Below the pieces are notes generated by a model. It worked only from the letters and a program-made list of their open reading frames with translations, made no database searches and was not told where the DNA came from. Below, in pieces: positions 10,146 through 20,000 of a stretch of 64,000 bases of DNA. This DNA comes from a virus. Within the stretch, counting starts at the first letter, position 1, and the number at the start of each line of letters is the position of its first letter. The translations under genes were made by a program, and so were the position numbers. The stretch lies in the IMG/VR virus record IMGVR_UViG_3300044966_000489; one strand, 5' to 3'.

Positions 10146-10700
10146 ATGTCTAGTTCAATTTTTAATATTAGCTCATGGAGCAATTCTGTCGCATACAATA
10201 AGCATGACATTATTGTGTATACAGATAATCGATACTATTATGCCAAAGCTGGCGTACCCACAAATAATCCTCCAGTCTATTCTAATGTAATCTCTAATAC
10301 TGATGCTTACTGGGGAGGATATTTTCAACACCCAGTCGTCAAGAAAGACTACCCTTTGTTTATTTGGAAGCCTTCTTATCAAACTCAAGCAAATTTTGAT
10401 CCCAAAGTTAATGTAATAAAATATGGAGATGGATACGAAAAGAGAGTTAGCGATCAAATAAACTTTAATCTTCTTAATTTTGAATTAAACTTTGATGGAT
10501 TAACTCTAGATGAATGTACTGCAATACTGCACTTTTTAAGTGCTAGATCTGCGAAAACAGCTTTCATTTACTACCCATCTGCGCCTTATTCAGTTGCATC
10601 AACTGATGCCAAGCTATTTGTTTGTAGAAGATGGAGTTCATCTAATCCATTTTTTAATAACTTTTCCATAAAGGCTACGTTCGAAGAAGTACCAGCATAA
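10146..10700 (+). CDS. Minor tail protein, lambda gpM-like (distal tail protein), with N-terminal extension
   Basis: Contains the gpM signature KYGDGYEKRVSDQIN plus FIWKP and C-terminal ATFEEV. First gene of an M-L-K-I-J module. Confidence 0.8.
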   Translation: MSSSIFNISSWSNSVAYNKHDIIVYTDNRYYYAKAGVPTNNPPVYSNVISNTDAYWGGYFQHPVVKKDYPLFIWKPSYQTQANFDPKVNVIKYGDGYEKRVSDQINFNLLNFELNFDGLTLDECTAILHFLSARSAKTAFIYYPSAPYSVASTDAKLFVCRRWSSSNPFFNNFSIKATFEEVPA

Positions 10701-10704
10701 TCCT

Positions 10705-11826
10705 ATGGCTACTCAACAAGACAAAGATTCATCTTTAAAAGTAAACAGAGAGTTCTTTTCTCTTGAGCCTTCTTCGATAATTTCTTTATTTGAAGTAGAC
10801 TTAACTGAAATTGGATTTGATACTGCTTCTCAGTTTGTAGTTAACATTAAGAATTTTCAAATATCATTGCCGGGAGCAGAAACTGGTGTTTTTAATTATA
10901 GGGTAATTCGCCTTCATAATAATTTAAAGCTCGGAAGAAACATCATTTACTGGAAAGGAAATGCGTATCTACCTGCTCCGCTTTCTACAGAGGGTTTTGA
11001 AATAGCTTCAAGAGGCGTATTTCCTAAGCCTAAAGTTCAGATCAGTTTTTCTGATGATATGCTTGATGTGTTTAGCTTATTTAGAGGAACTGTTAATTTT
11101 GGAGATTTAATTGGAGCTAAGTTTACTAGAATTAGAACATTTGCTAAATTTCTTGACAGATCAAATTTCTATCAAAACGACGGAACCTCTCCTCTGTCGC
11201 CAGATAGACTTATAATACCAGAAGGATTTGATCCTGATCCTAATTGCGAGTTTCCTAGGGATATTTATTATTTTGATAGAAAATCTTCTGAAAACAAAAA
11301 TAGTATTCAATTTGAACTATCAAGTGCTATAGATCTAGACAGAGCTAAACTCCCTAAACGAAGAGTATTAAGTTATATTTGTCCTTGGCAATATAGAGGA
11401 GAAGGCTGTCTCTATGAATATAAAGAAAAACTAACTGAAGATACTCATGGCACTATAACTCCAATACCAAATAAAAGCGATTCTACTGGAGAAAAAGCTC
11501 CTGTTTGCGCCACTGAAGATGATCAAATAATCTCAAAGATGCCAATCTTTTCTGGCACAACAGTAGGAACTAATAAAATAGAATCTTGGAAACTCTCAAC
11601 AACTTATAACAAAGGCGACGTAGTAGTTATTAATAAGAAAAATATTAATTTCTATTTTGTTGCCAAGACAAACGTTCCCATGAATATCCCACCTCCAAAT
11701 GGACAATACTGGATAGCTGACCAATGCTCTAAGAGTATAAAAGGATGTAAGATTAGATTTGGAGAAAATGCTTTACCTTTTGGCGGATTCTATGGAGTAT
11801 CTAATTACAATAGAGGAGCATTGTAA
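10705..11826 (+). CDS. Minor tail protein, lambda gpL-like (Fe-S cluster tail tip protein)
   Basis: Motifs ISLFEVDL, RIRTFAKFLD, FELSSAIDL, CPWQYRGEGC...DQCSKSIKGCKIRFG...LPFGGF, including the four conserved Cys. Confidence 0.85.
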   Translation: MATQQDKDSSLKVNREFFSLEPSSIISLFEVDLTEIGFDTASQFVVNIKNFQISLPGAETGVFNYRVIRLHNNLKLGRNIIYWKGNAYLPAPLSTEGFEIASRGVFPKPKVQISFSDDMLDVFSLFRGTVNFGDLIGAKFTRIRTFAKFLDRSNFYQNDGTSPLSPDRLIIPEGFDPDPNCEFPRDIYYFDRKSSENKNSIQFELSSAIDLDRAKLPKRRVLSYICPWQYRGEGCLYEYKEKLTEDTHGTITPIPNKSDSTGEKAPVCATEDDQIISKMPIFSGTTVGTNKIESWKLSTTYNKGDVVVINKKNINFYFVAKTNVPMNIPPPNGQYWIADQCSKSIKGCKIRFGENALPFGGFYGVSNYNRGAL

Positions 11827-12584
11827 TGGTTTCGGATGAAATAAAAGCAAAAATAAAAGAACACGCACTAAAGGAAAATCCTGAAGAATGCTGCGGTCTT
11901 TTAGTGCTGAATAGAAAAAATATCCTAGAAGCATTTCCATGCAGGAATGTTGCCCAAGATAAAGAAAACGAATTCATTGTATGTCAAATGGACTACTTGA
12001 AAGCAACGATGAATGGCAGAATTACTGGAATTTATCATTCACACTGCATACAAGATAACTCTTTTTCAGAACTAGACAAACAAATAAGCCATAAACTTAA
12101 TCTAAAGAATGTAGTATATATACTAAAAAAAGACTCTTTTGAAGAATATTCTCCAGAAAACTACTATAATAAATACATAAATAAAAACTTTGTTATAAAT
12201 CAATCTGACTGTTTATCAATAGTAGAAAATTACTATAACGAAGAATTTGGAGTTAAAATTTTTCATTACGAAAGAGGCGCAGATTGGGACAAAAACTATC
12301 CAGAATTTGTTAAAAACAAGTTGATCGCGTTTTGTGAATCAGAGGACTTTGATAAGTTTTTTGAAAAAGAAAACTTCATTAAAATAGAAGGTATAGAAAA
12401 CGCTAAAAAACATGATATTATTGTGTTCAAGTATTTAGATAACTATCCTTCTCATTTTGGTATTTACCTTGAACAAGGTTATATCCTACATCAACCAAGA
12501 AATAAAAAGTCAGTAATAGAAAAACTAACAGACGCAGAGAAGAGAAGAATCTATTGTTTTGCAAGGAGTAAACAATTATGCTAA
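11826..12584 (+). CDS. Tail assembly protein gpK-like (JAB/Mov34 + NlpC/P60), copy 1
   Basis: JAB motifs PEECCGLL and YHSH...SELD. NlpC/P60 motifs DCLSIV...HFGIY...ILH. Confidence 0.8.
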   Translation: MVSDEIKAKIKEHALKENPEECCGLLVLNRKNILEAFPCRNVAQDKENEFIVCQMDYLKATMNGRITGIYHSHCIQDNSFSELDKQISHKLNLKNVVYILKKDSFEEYSPENYYNKYINKNFVINQSDCLSIVENYYNEEFGVKIFHYERGADWDKNYPEFVKNKLIAFCESEDFDKFFEKENFIKIEGIENAKKHDIIVFKYLDNYPSHFGIYLEQGYILHQPRNKKSVIEKLTDAEKRRIYCFARSKQLC

Positions 12585-13324
12585 CAGAAGAGCTTAAAAA
12601 TAAAATCATAGAACACGCTAATACTTCTAATAATGAAGTATGTGGCGTTTTAGTACATACAGATAACGGACTAGAGGTACAAAAGAAAGATAACCTTATT
12701 AATTCAGCTACTGAATTTGCGATGGATATTTATAGCCAATCTAATTTTGCGGCTTATTATCATTCTCATATTAATTTTGATTCTATTTCTGATGCAGATA
12801 TAATTGTTTCGGAAAGACTAGGTTTACCTTGTATAGTTTACAATAAACAGAGCGGAACTTTCCATAACTATTATCCCAATGGATACAAAATCCAATACAC
12901 TAAAAGACCTTTCCTTTTAGGATTTGCTGATTGCCTTTGGCTAGTAAAAGATTATTTCTGTCACGATTTAAATATCCATCTATGCCCAGAATTAGAAGTT
13001 CTAAAAGAATCTGTATCTGAAGAAGAATATAACGAGGTCTCGACCAAGAGATTTATAGACGAAGAAGGAGCATTAAAAGAAAAAGATAATTACTTAAAAA
13101 GGTATTTTGAATATAACGGATTTAAAGAAGTTTTTGATTTTAAAAAGAATGATGTTCTAATAATGAGAACAAAAGCTTATAATTTTCCAATACACTGCGC
13201 TGTTTATATTGGAGAAGACACTATTTTGCATCATCCCGGAAATAAGCGTTCTCTTACCGAAAAGCTTTCTAACCAATACAAAAAATGGGTAATTTATATA
13301 ATGAGACATCACCTTTATGACTAG
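12578..13324 (+). CDS. Tail assembly protein gpK-like (JAB/Mov34 + NlpC/P60), copy 2
   Basis: JAB motifs NEVCGVL and YHSH...SDAD. NlpC/P60 motifs DCLWLV...HCAVY...ILHH. Overlaps copy 1 by 7 nt. Confidence 0.8.
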   Translation: MLTEELKNKIIEHANTSNNEVCGVLVHTDNGLEVQKKDNLINSATEFAMDIYSQSNFAAYYHSHINFDSISDADIIVSERLGLPCIVYNKQSGTFHNYYPNGYKIQYTKRPFLLGFADCLWLVKDYFCHDLNIHLCPELEVLKESVSEEEYNEVSTKRFIDEEGALKEKDNYLKRYFEYNGFKEVFDFKKNDVLIMRTKAYNFPIHCAVYIGEDTILHHPGNKRSLTEKLSNQYKKWVIYIMRHHLYD

Positions 13325-14042
13325 TATTACCTTACACGGAGAAATAGCAGAACAAGTAGGAAGAGAAAGTTGGAATTTAAAAGTAAATTCCATAAAGGAA
13401 GCATTGCGAGCTATTCAGGTCTTGTCTAAAGGCAAGCTCTTAAAATATCTAATAGGAGCAGCAGAAAAAAGCGTAGAGTACAAAGTGCTTGTTAATAAGA
13501 GAGAAATAATGAATCCAGAAAATATTTCTCTAGAAAAACCAGACTCTATTCTCAATTCTGAATTAGTAATGATTAATGAAAAGCTAGAAACCTTAGATAT
13601 CGTTCCAATTATTAGGGGTGCTGGTGGGGGAGGCGGAAACAATACAACCAAAGGAGTCTTAGCTTTAGTTCTTGGCGTTTTGTTAATAGCTACAGGCGTT
13701 TTTGCACCTGCTGCATTAGGCTTTGTTGCTGGTTCTACAACAAGCGCAACGATTGCAGGAGCGATGATTGGAGCAGGTATAGGATTAGCTGTAACAGGTA
13801 TTACATTATTAATGATGTCGCCTCCAAAATTTGATGATTTTAGAAAAATACAAGAAGACGGCAGCAAGCCAAACTACTTATTTGATGGACCTTCTAACAT
13901 TCTTGGAGAAGGCGGTCCAGTTCCAATTGGTTACGGTAGAATGAAAATAGGATCTCAGACAGTTGAAGTATCTGTCAATAACATTGAGTTAGATAATAAA
14001 TCAACGGCAGCAGACGTAAAAGCTCAAATAAATAATATATAA
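13317..14042 (+). CDS. Tail assembly protein gpI-like
   Basis: N-terminal ITLHGEIAEQVG (ubiquitin-like), IVPIIRGAGG, a hydrophobic Gly/Ala stretch, then NYLFDGPSN...GGPVPIGYGRMKIGSQ. Confidence 0.85.
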   Translation: MTSITLHGEIAEQVGRESWNLKVNSIKEALRAIQVLSKGKLLKYLIGAAEKSVEYKVLVNKREIMNPENISLEKPDSILNSELVMINEKLETLDIVPIIRGAGGGGGNNTTKGVLALVLGVLLIATGVFAPAALGFVAGSTTSATIAGAMIGAGIGLAVTGITLLMMSPPKFDDFRKIQEDGSKPNYLFDGPSNILGEGGPVPIGYGRMKIGSQTVEVSVNNIELDNKSTAADVKAQINNI

Positions 14043-14043
14043 A

Positions 14044-17000
14044 ATGAACAATCTTGAAGATTTTAAATACATAAAAGGTTTTGGTGGAGGTGGAGGTGGA
14101 GCAAGTGCAGCCCCAACGCCAACTGCTGCATATGAAGATGCTGAAGGATTTGTATATGATGGACTTACTTATAACGTATACCAATTTGCTAAAGTAAAAG
14201 ATCTTTTGTCAGAGGGACCAATTGAAGGTCTTCTTGAGGGACAATATAGCTTTTCAGGTCAAGTTGGAGACCTAGGATTTAAAAAAGTTACTTATAATGA
14301 ATACCCATCAGTTGTGGGTAGCGATGGAGAATCAAAATATTTAAGATCAGTTCAATGGAATCAAACCCCTCTTTTAGACAGCCAAGATAAATACAACTTC
14401 CAGCAAATAAACATTCAAGCAACTAATGGAACCCCAGAAGGGACTTCATCTGGAGGAGAGTTTGACAATGTTTCTTATATCCGCTCAATAGGAGAGAGAC
14501 TTAGAGGTCCAAATCTACTAGCTTCAACTGAAGATGAAACTCTTGATTATCAAAGAACTTATCGCATTTTAAACAGGGAATGCAAAAAGATTTCTCTTAA
14601 TTTTAGAATTTCTTCTCTTTATGTCAGTTTAAAATATCAGGATTTAAAACCAATATCAGAAGGCACTTTAAAAATAGAAGGAGTAACAAGTGCCAATCAA
14701 AGCAGCAGCACATTTACATTAGATCCAGCAAGTAGAGATGTTGAATTAACTAATGGACAAACATTAGATGCTGGGGTGGGTTCTGTAATCCGTCATAACT
14801 TTAAAATAAGAATTAGAATTTCGCCAATTTACAAAGAAGGCTATAATAGCAACTCCGCAGTACTTGATCTAATTTCAGACAAAGCCAAAGTAATTGATGA
14901 TTCTAAAGACTTAGCTGTCACAGTGGACACTTTCCCTCAAATATTCGAACTAGAGTCGAAAGGAAAAATTACTCAAGGATATTCTAAACAAATTATTTTT
15001 GACACCTCTTCCAAGTTTCTATCATTGAACGAAAATGAAAATTGGTTAGGTTGGGATATATCAGTATTAAAGATTACTCCAGAAGACACTTATTCTTCAA
15101 GAGCTTCTTTTATAAATCTAGAAAGCATTACTGAAATATATTCTTCTTCGTTTAGATATACGAATTCTGCTATTGTAACTTCTAAGTTTAATGCTGCCTA
15201 TTTCTCAAAGATTCCAGAAAGATCTTATGATGTTAAACTATTAAAGGTTAAGGTTCCTGCTAATTATGATCCAATAACAAAAACCTATGGAAATACGACT
15301 CCGCTTTCAATTACAGCCACTAATTCATTCGCTAAGACTGATAAAGTAATTACAACAGATTTCTTTGTTGGAGAAAATAACGTATATACAAATTCAGACA
15401 ATGTTAACCCTCCAATTACAGATGGACTAATTGCTCAGTTTGACGCAAGTAATGCTTCTTTAACCACTTCAACAGGATCAGTAACTAATTGGCCCAATAC
15501 TGTAGCTGGATCAACTATAAAATGCGTTTTAGGAAATGGAACTTACGCATCTCCAAATGGAAGTGCTAACAAGCCAACATACGGATCAACATATTCAGAG
15601 CAAAGCCCGAATGGAACTTATGGTGTTTCATTTACGACCACTCAGAAAGCAAGATTCGTTTACCAAACCGAAACAAGTCCATTAGCTGACGCTAGTAATA
15701 ACTATACTGTATTTGCTGTCTGTAAATGGCACGACAGCGCAACCAACACAGAAAGGAATAGGATAATTTCTTCTTATAGTTTGGAAAATACTTTTGTTTT
15801 GGGGTTTGATGGTAAATTTAATAATGCTTTTACAGTAGGTAGTCAAATCTATGGAGTAATGCCTGTTAATTTTTATCAATTCAACCGTTCTAATTATTGG
15901 AATGATGCCAATGATACAAATACCTATATCGTAGGAACAAGCGTAAGCAATTTAAAAGATGTAAATATTTTCTGGCAAAATACTAACTACTTTGTAAGAC
16001 CTATAAATGCAGTAGCTGCTCCAAAAGGTTTAGCTATTAATTCTTCAGCGAGTACAAGTAGATGCACTGTTTTTGAAATATTGGTTTACAATAAAGCTTT
16101 ATCAAAATCAGATGGAATCAAGATAAGAAATTGGTTAAATAAAAAATGGAATCTAATTTCTAGCAATCTATCTTACTCTACATCTGTAGCTGGATCATAT
16201 AATACAAACGTTCTTAATGTAGCATCAAACACTTATTTGAAGATGCCTCTTAAAACTCTATGCGCCAATGGACAAAGAACAAAGGCTTATAGTTATGCTG
16301 GAGGCAGTTTGGCTACTTCGGATTATTATGAATTTGATTTAATACCTCAGAGATATTGGAAAAATTGGAAAACCCCACAAAACTTTTCTTTAAAAGATCA
16401 AGGATTTTGCAGTTTTTATTGCGATTTCTTTATTAAACTAGGAAGCATTGGAGACGGAAATTATACTCTAATTCATAGAAGTAATCAGTTTAATCTTTCT
16501 ATGACTATATCTGGAGAAAACGTAAGTCTAATACTTACAGTTATTTCTCCAAATGAAAGCAAAAATTACACCATAACAAAAGCCCTAGATCCAGCGAAAT
16601 ATTCGACAACCAAACTTAAAGAAAATTTCACAAGAATTAGTTTTTATATACTTCCAAAAGTAGTAAAACCAAGCATATCGTACACCACAAACGCAAGCAA
16701 AGTAAATAACATAAATATATCAGATAGGACTTGGACTAATGACTATATAACAGTCAGAAGAGCAACGGCTGACGGAAACGAAAGAGCATTAGCGCAAGAA
16801 CTAAAAGATTTTTATTTAGTAAAAGCAGTAAGCTTTAAAGAAGATACTTCGTACAGTAGCAATATTAATAACTTACCAGAAACTTGTTATAAATATATAT
16901 ACTGCAATTTTAATGCAGCCTCACAACAGACAGGAGGAAGGTCTTCAACTTTTGTTCCTGTTATTGAAAGAAGACTTACTAAAGAATACTTCCCAGACAT

Positions 17001-20000
17001 ATTGAATGCAGAAATAGACGTTCTAGTTAACCTAGAAAAGCAGATTCAATGCAATATAAATATTTCAAATTACGCTGCTTATCAAACTCTTTGTGTTGGA
17101 GCTTTATATAGACCCGCTACAGATCCTGTTTGGCAAAATGAAATAAATCAAAGGGCACAGATAGCTCCACTTGCTCAAGAAGCCTTAAATACCTACAATA
17201 AACAGGAATACCATAAAACATTTGACGGTTCTTCTACTTCAGTAAGTTTAAGCTCTTCTCAGAGTGAAATTAAAGTACTTATTCCTCTTGCTGCTGGACA
17301 AATTTACGACGCAGTAAATACAAAAACTGGACCTTTTATTCCTTCTTATTTCATAACTAATAATAATCAAATAGAAATCTTTACATCACCCGCTGGTTTC
17401 GGCGGCAAAATAGAAGGCTATGCTGATTCTATTAGAGTAAATCAAATTGATTTTGATAGACTTTCTTTGTCTAAAGCATTTGCAAGAAATCTTTTCTCAG
17501 AAGGTCTTTCTAGAAAAACCACTGTTTATGATGCAGCAGGAGTTTTACCTTATTCTACATCAAATGATTATTGGGATGGAGAATTTAAAACTGAAAAAGA
17601 ATGGACGGACAATCCAGCTTGGTGCTTCTACGATCTTTTAACAAACAAAAGATATGGAGTAGGTAACTATGTCACAGAAAATGACGTAGACAAATGGTCT
17701 CTTTATCAAATAGCTAAATATTGCGATGAACTTGTTTCAGATGGATTTGGAGGAGTAGAACCAAGATTTACATGTAATGTTTATTTACAAACACAAGACG
17801 ATGCTCTTAAAGTGTTGTCTGATATGGCTTCTGTATTTAGGGGAATGTTCTATTATTCAAATGGATTCATTTACGCCATAAATGATATGCCAGAAGATAC
17901 CCCTATTTATTCTTTCACTAATTCAAATGTATCTGATGGTAATTTTACTTACGAATCTACATCATTAAAAGATAGAAATTCTGTAGTCTATATTAGATAT
18001 ATTGATAAGAATAATTTTTATAAACCAGCAGTAGAATATGTAGAAAATATTGAGGCTGTCAGGAAATTTGGTTTTAAAGAAACTGAATTAACCGCCTTTG
18101 GATGCACAAGCAGAGGTCAAGCTCAAAGACTTGGCAGGTGGTTATTAGCTTCAGAATACAATGAAACAGAAACAGTTTCTTTTGAAGCTGGTCCAGAGTG
18201 CGTATACTTAAAACCCGGAGACGTAATTAAAGTTTACGATTACAATAGAAAATATAAAACAGTAGGCGGAAGATTAAATAATATTAACATTTCTGGAGAC
18301 ACAAATGTAACTACTGGAATACTAACTCTAGATAGAAAACTTGATTTTAACTTTTCTGGAAATCAAAATTATAAGCTAACCATACTTTCTCCCAAGTATA
18401 ATCTAGATCCTAGCTTTAAAGACGCAGCAGGAGACAGTATCGTTACTAGTAACCTTGATTATAATGATTATAGAAAGCCTCTTACTAATTCATTCATAGT
18501 AGGAAGCGGCAACTTAATTACTGGTCAATATTATGATTCAATTAGAATTACGGGTCTAGCACCAGTAATGGCTTCTGGATTAAACGTAACTGGACTATCT
18601 TATTTTACTGGAGCGTCTGGAATGTCTCCTAAATCAATAACTTGGGCTTTAGAAAACTCTGGAAACCTTAATGGATCTACTGATAGCGATTATGATTTTT
18701 ATAGAGTATTTAGAATACAAGAGTCTACAGAGGGAAGTAATTATACAGTAATTGGCTCGCAGATGTATCACTTAAAGTATGCTCAAATAGAATCTGGATT
18801 AAATATCACACCAGCAAAACCACCAGCACCAGAAGCTTCTGCGCCTTCAAGAGCATTATTTACTCTTGGCGTTGCAGAGGCTAATGGAGTAATAGATCAA
18901 AGCAAAGTATTGATTGAAATCTTTTATGACTCTTCTATAAAAGACACTACGATAGGCTTCAAGATATTTAACAAAGCCTTTTATGGATCAGACTTTAACC
19001 CAAATAGCTCTAGTGATTTTAAATTTGTTCCAATCGATATTTATGAATCTTATGTAAACACTGTTCTAGACAAGAGCAACATCAAAGGTTCTATAAGAAT
19101 TTATGGAGCAAATATTAATAATAGCTCTCCATTAACTTATGTTGAAGCTTCAAATTCTCAAAACTCAAATGAATTATTTGTCTCTCCAGTTGTTGCGATT
19201 ACTTATGACGATGTAAATACAAGTTCATCTATCACTTTGAATAATAAAGTTTATGCTTTTACCTCTCCAATTGATTTAACGAAAGCACAATACTTTCAGT
19301 CAACAGCACCTTCTCAAATTCAATCTGTTAAACCTCCAGAGTCTTTATCGTTCAACATCCCCTTGCAATTCATAAAGAATCCAAATAAATTCAACAATCT
19401 TGATTACCCTTATAGAATAGCAATAATACCAGAGAAAGTAGACACAAAAGACGCTTTCGGCACTGTTTACAACAAGTACCTTAATGTTTCAAACTGGGAA
19501 GACTATTTAACGTTTGATGAAGATCAAACTAGTGACAATATATACAACTACAAAACTTCAAATGTTTTTGCTAAGTATAGGAACTTCTCTTTGGCAATTG
19601 ATAAAATGACATTTACAGATGTTGGAATGAAATCTACTTCTAATGATTTTAAGAATGTAGATGGATTTTTACTAGTAACTTACGACAATCAAGATGCTGA
19701 TTTAAAAAAATCTTTAAATGCAATTTTAAAAGACACAAGAGCGACCTACTCTATTGTTACAAGCCAAGGATCAAATAGATTAAAATTTACTATTCAGCAA
19801 GATACAGCGAGTTCTTTTATTAACGCTTTTTATCTATTACTAATGCCTAGTGAAAATATATTTGAATTTGGAAAAAATTCAATAAATCACAATCCTGATG
19901 GAAGCCCATTGTCTGTTAACGATAATACTGGAAAAGAAATCATTGACTCTCACTTTATAACAATATCAAATAACCAATCTATATTTAATTTCAATGACTT

